13,314 nt of DNA from an archaeon (lineage in GTDB: Archaea; Iainarchaeota; Iainarchaeia; Iainarchaeales; CSSED10-239). The notes under the pieces were generated by a model. The model searched no databases and had not been told where the DNA came from. It saw only the letters and a program-made list of their open reading frames with translations. The position numbers and the translations under genes were made by a program. Where the stretch lies: assembly GCA_041677685.1 (NCBI GenBank), contig JBAYPN010000020.1:1-13314 (forward strand), given 5' to 3'. Positions 11,571 to 13,314 of this stretch are shown here, piece by piece (positions within the stretch are counted from its first letter, which is position 1; every line of letters begins with the position of its first letter).

Positions 11571-12376
11571 TGTCAAACTATTTCTCTTGATGCCTTTAAA
11601 ATAAAGGTTTTAGAAGAAAATCACTCTAAAGGATACTATAAGTCTCTTGCTAAATTAAACAGCATCTTTAGTAAAAATATATATAAAAACCATCAAGAAC
11701 TGCTTGAAGATTATAAAAAAAACATAGATTTGGTTAATAATACTCAAAGTAGTAGAAAAATTGTGTCAAAGTTTTTAAATTACCTTAAAGATGAAGGATT
11801 CTCTCAAGAAAACATAGTTTCTTGTAAAAAACTATTAAAAAAGGATATAAATTTTTCAAATGACACTTATGTTCCAACAGATCAAGAAATAAAAGTTACT
11901 TTATCTAAGCTAAGAGAAGATTTAAAGCCATTATATCTTCTTTTCTTATTTAGTGGAATAAGGGTGTCAGAAGGCATATATACCTTTTAAACAACTTAAA
12001 TAATTTAAAGATACAGTGTAAAGATAATTACTGCAAGATACACCTAGATTACAATAGACACAATAAACGCTCCTTTTTTTGTTATATACCTCACTTTATT
12101 TACACACAGATAGGTGTCCAGAAAACAGAACTAAACAATATTCGTATATTTATTAAAAGAAATAAGCTTATTCCTTTAAAGTACTGCAGAAAATGGTTTT
12201 ACACTAAATGTATTGAGTTAGGTATACCAGAGTCTATTGCTGATTTTTATGAAGGAAGGGTTGCAACTTCTGTTGGTTCTAACCATTATCTTTCAAGACA
12301 GGCATTGGCTGATAAGAACTACATTAAATTATTAGATTTCTTTAATAATTTTTATAATGAGATAAAGGAGGTATAA
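11520..12376 (+). pseudogene. Tyrosine recombinase/integrase (archaeal SSV-like type) that lacks an ATG start, is open through the 3' half of tRNA-Thr, and is broken by a 1-nt frameshift near 11976-11990.
   Basis: Frame A (11520..11990) encodes ...KFLNYLKDEGFSQENIV...YVPTDQEIKVTLSKL...PLYLLFLFSGIRVSEGIYTF*, with the box I Arg in SGIRVSE. A frame shifted by -1 is open from 11954 to the TAA at 12374-12376. It encodes ...IYLLNNL...CKIHLDYNRHNKRSFFCYIP...LKYCRKWFYTKCIELGIPESIADFYEGRVATSVGSNHYLSRQ..., which carries the box II-like R, a GR, and the catalytic-type HY. Confidence 0.7.
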
Positions 12377-12379
12377 AGT

Positions 12380-12499
12380 ATGATAGATAAAAAAACTATT
12401 GAAAGTTTTAAGAAAACAGACCCTGAGATTTTAAAAAGACTTCCAAAGTGGCAACAGAAGTTGCATAAGATAATTTTGGAATTAAATAAAAATAGATAA
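12380..12499 (+). CDS. Small hypothetical protein (39 aa: MIDKKTIESFKKTDPEILKRLPKWQQKLHKIILELNKNR).
   Basis: It is not in the ORF track because it is too short. A very good SD, AGGAGGT (12366-12372), lies 7 nt before the ATG at 12380, directly after the integrase stop. The TAA is at 12497-12499. Confidence 0.45.
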   Translation: MIDKKTIESFKKTDPEILKRLPKWQQKLHKIILELNKNR

Positions 12500-12540
12500 A
12501 TTAGTTTGTTTTTTTATATTTTTCTACATATAATTATAAT

Positions 12541-13176
12541 ATGGATAAATTATTAAAAAAAGAAATAATTATTATTCCTTGGTTTCATAACTCTAAATCT
12601 ATTATTCATAAAATTATATTATCTGAATTAAATAAAATAAATTTAAAAGTATTATTTATTGAAGGGAGTTCAGATAAAAAATTATTATCAACTGTACTTA
12701 ACACTAAAGATTTTTATATTAATTATTCTGAGCCTCAAATAAATATGCTTGAAGCAAGTTATCAATTATTTTGTTTAAAAATAAATCATAAAATTCCTTT
12801 AGATTCTTTTGAATTACATAAAAAATGTGAATATATAAAAAAAGAATTTAGTACAAATATAACTATTGAAAATTTTAATAAATTAAGAAATGTTTCTTTA
12901 GAACGTGTAAAAAAATGGATTGATGTAATTGAAAAAAATAATCATTTTAAAAAATTGTTTGCTATTGTAGGTATGAGTCATTGTATAGATTTTAAACATG
13001 AATTAGAAAAAAAAGGTTATAAAGTAGAAATTCTAAATTATATATTTGGCAGTCTTAAACAAAAGGTTGAAGATTATACTACTATTTGGGATGAATTTTG
13101 GAACTTAGAAAATATTAAAGATATTAATCAAAAATGGTTTTTTTTAGATTCTTTTTCTTTTGAAAATAATGATTAA
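12541..13176 (+). CDS. Hypothetical protein (211 aa), possibly of the Tiki/TraB/PrgY/GumN-like superfamily.
   Basis: The N-terminal IIIIPWFHNSKSIIHKI...LKVLFIEG and C-terminal LFAIVGMSHCIDFKHELEKKGYKVE resemble the paired motifs of TraB-like proteins (llGT.H.s......i.......v.vE and vvvGagH..g....L...Gy.v). The match is by eye only. Confidence 0.5.
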   Translation: MDKLLKKEIIIIPWFHNSKSIIHKIILSELNKINLKVLFIEGSSDKKLLSTVLNTKDFYINYSEPQINMLEASYQLFCLKINHKIPLDSFELHKKCEYIKKEFSTNITIENFNKLRNVSLERVKKWIDVIEKNNHFKKLFAIVGMSHCIDFKHELEKKGYKVEILNYIFGSLKQKVEDYTTIWDEFWNLENIKDINQKWFFLDSFSFENND

Positions 13177-13258
13177 AATATGGTGATTTTGTAAAATAAA
13201 GCAATTTATTTAAATACAATTACTTACTATATAATATATAGGAATTAAGTGATTTATA

Positions 13259-13314
13259 ATGTATGAACAAATATTTAGAAATATAGATAATGTCTTAAGA
13301 CAAGATTCAGGATG
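13259..13314 (+). CDS. 5' end (18 codons) of a gene truncated by the window edge. It is possibly an N6-adenine DNA methyltransferase of a restriction-modification system.
   Basis: MYEQIFRNIDNVLRQDSG resembles the conserved N-terminal helix of HsdM/type IIG methylases (..iw...d.LR.d.g...). This is very short and therefore weak evidence. Confidence 0.3.
   Translation, partial: MYEQIFRNIDNVLRQDSG

Larger units (their letters stand above)
11529..13314 (+). mobile_element. Left end of an integrated element inserted at the 3' half of tRNA-Thr. The right end lies outside the window.
   Basis: The tRNA-adjacent integrase reads through the tRNA 3' half. It is followed by unrelated cargo ORFs, including a probable DNA methyltransferase start. 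No second copy of the tRNA 3' half is present in the window. Confidence 0.5.

Noticed and set aside
812-13176. Alternative genetic code or stop-codon recoding.
   Set aside because: TAA, TAG and TGA all terminate well-supported ORFs at the expected protein ends (TAG in aspS, TGA in hsp20, TAA in most others). Conserved domains contain no in-frame stops, apart from the integrase frameshift.

Overview
This is a very AT-rich, gene-dense window (roughly 25-30% G+C by eye; the two tRNAs stand out as GC islands). It reads like a small-genome archaeon of the DPANN type. The evidence for that is three proteins with archaeal class III (prepilin-like) signal peptides, a membrane-anchored wHTH regulator, a tRNA-Thr with discriminator U73 and no encoded CCA, an SSV-type tyrosine integrase reading out of a tRNA, oligo-T tracts after genes, recurring BRE/TATA-like motifs, and clear GGAGG/AGGTGA ribosome-binding sites. 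From left to right the window contains: a 15-bp tandem repeat array cut by the window edge; a secreted protein; a bacterial-type aspartyl-tRNA synthetase that lacks the GAD insertion domain; an overlapping Ogt/MGMT alkyltransferase; a minus-strand block of a HicA-like gene, an HD hydrolase and three prepilin-like genes; a Lys-rich hypothetical; tRNA-His(GUG); a polytopic membrane protein; Hsp20; a membrane wHTH regulator divergent from a small secreted protein; and tRNA-Thr(GGU). Two of the prepilin-like genes are large (520 and 837 aa) and carry DUF2341 plus LamG/ConA-like lectin modules. Directly after tRNA-Thr lies the left end of an integrated element. It holds a frameshifted integrase with no ATG, open through the tRNA 3' half, then a 39-aa ORF, a Tiki/TraB-like ORF, and the first 18 codons of a probable DNA methyltransferase. 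The most interesting candidate is the pilin-anchored lectin cluster at 3557..8141, including a domain-within-domain duplication in the 837-aa protein. All functional calls come from motif recognition by eye; no searches were run.
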